From assembly GCF_018350175.1 (NCBI RefSeq), contig NC_058368.1:215514001-215578000 (forward strand): a stretch of DNA of 64,000 nucleotides, written 5' to 3'. The notes under the pieces are model-generated. The model had not been told where the DNA came from and made no database searches. It worked only from the letters and a program-made list of their open reading frames with translations. The position numbers and the translations under genes were made by a program. This document shows positions 63,876 through 64,000 of this stretch, one piece after another. Source of the stretch: Felis catus. Its lineage: Eukaryota. Within the stretch, counting starts at the first letter, position 1. Each line of letters begins with the position of its first letter.

Positions 63876-64000
63876 AAGACATTGGCAACAGACATATGTA
63901 CAAAGAGTGTGCACTAAAGAACAATAAATATATAATTAATATGCTAAAAGTGTCACAAAAATCCATTTGTTATTTTGTATTTGGAGGTTTGCCAATAATG

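Noticed and set aside
1..64000. Listed 60-133 aa ORFs as functional protein-coding genes
   Set aside because: Most lie in SINEs, L1s, LTRs or simple repeats, and the rest have no recognisable product. Only 45988-46224 and 10344-10574 clearly carry EF-hand-like text in frame, and both are broken.

Overview
AT-rich mammalian genomic DNA from a cat-family (feliform) carnivore, judged from about 30 tRNA-derived Can-SINEs, including two near-consensus young SINEC_Fc-type copies. Most of the window is transposon debris: nested, internally deleted L1s; L2 and MIR relics; MaLR/ERV LTRs; an ERV1 internal fragment; Tigger1, MER44, MER58 and MER3 DNA elements; and microsatellites. I see no intact protein-coding gene, and most listed ORFs lie in repeats. 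The main inference is that the unique islands between repeats carry a dozen or more short minus-strand segments, several with plausible splice sites. With stops and frameshifts allowed, they translate into paired EF-hand motifs of the EFCAB6-like type, suggesting an ancient, heavily decayed multi-exon EF-hand gene spanning the window. This comes from manual translation and needs a homology search. Other notable structures are a TSD-flanked retrocopied mRNA 3' end, a perfect 39-bp AT-rich inverted repeat, a chimeric SINE insertion carrying foreign DNA, a dispersed local duplication and two templated-insertion scars. Subfamily names are from memory of consensus sequences, and many boundaries are approximate.
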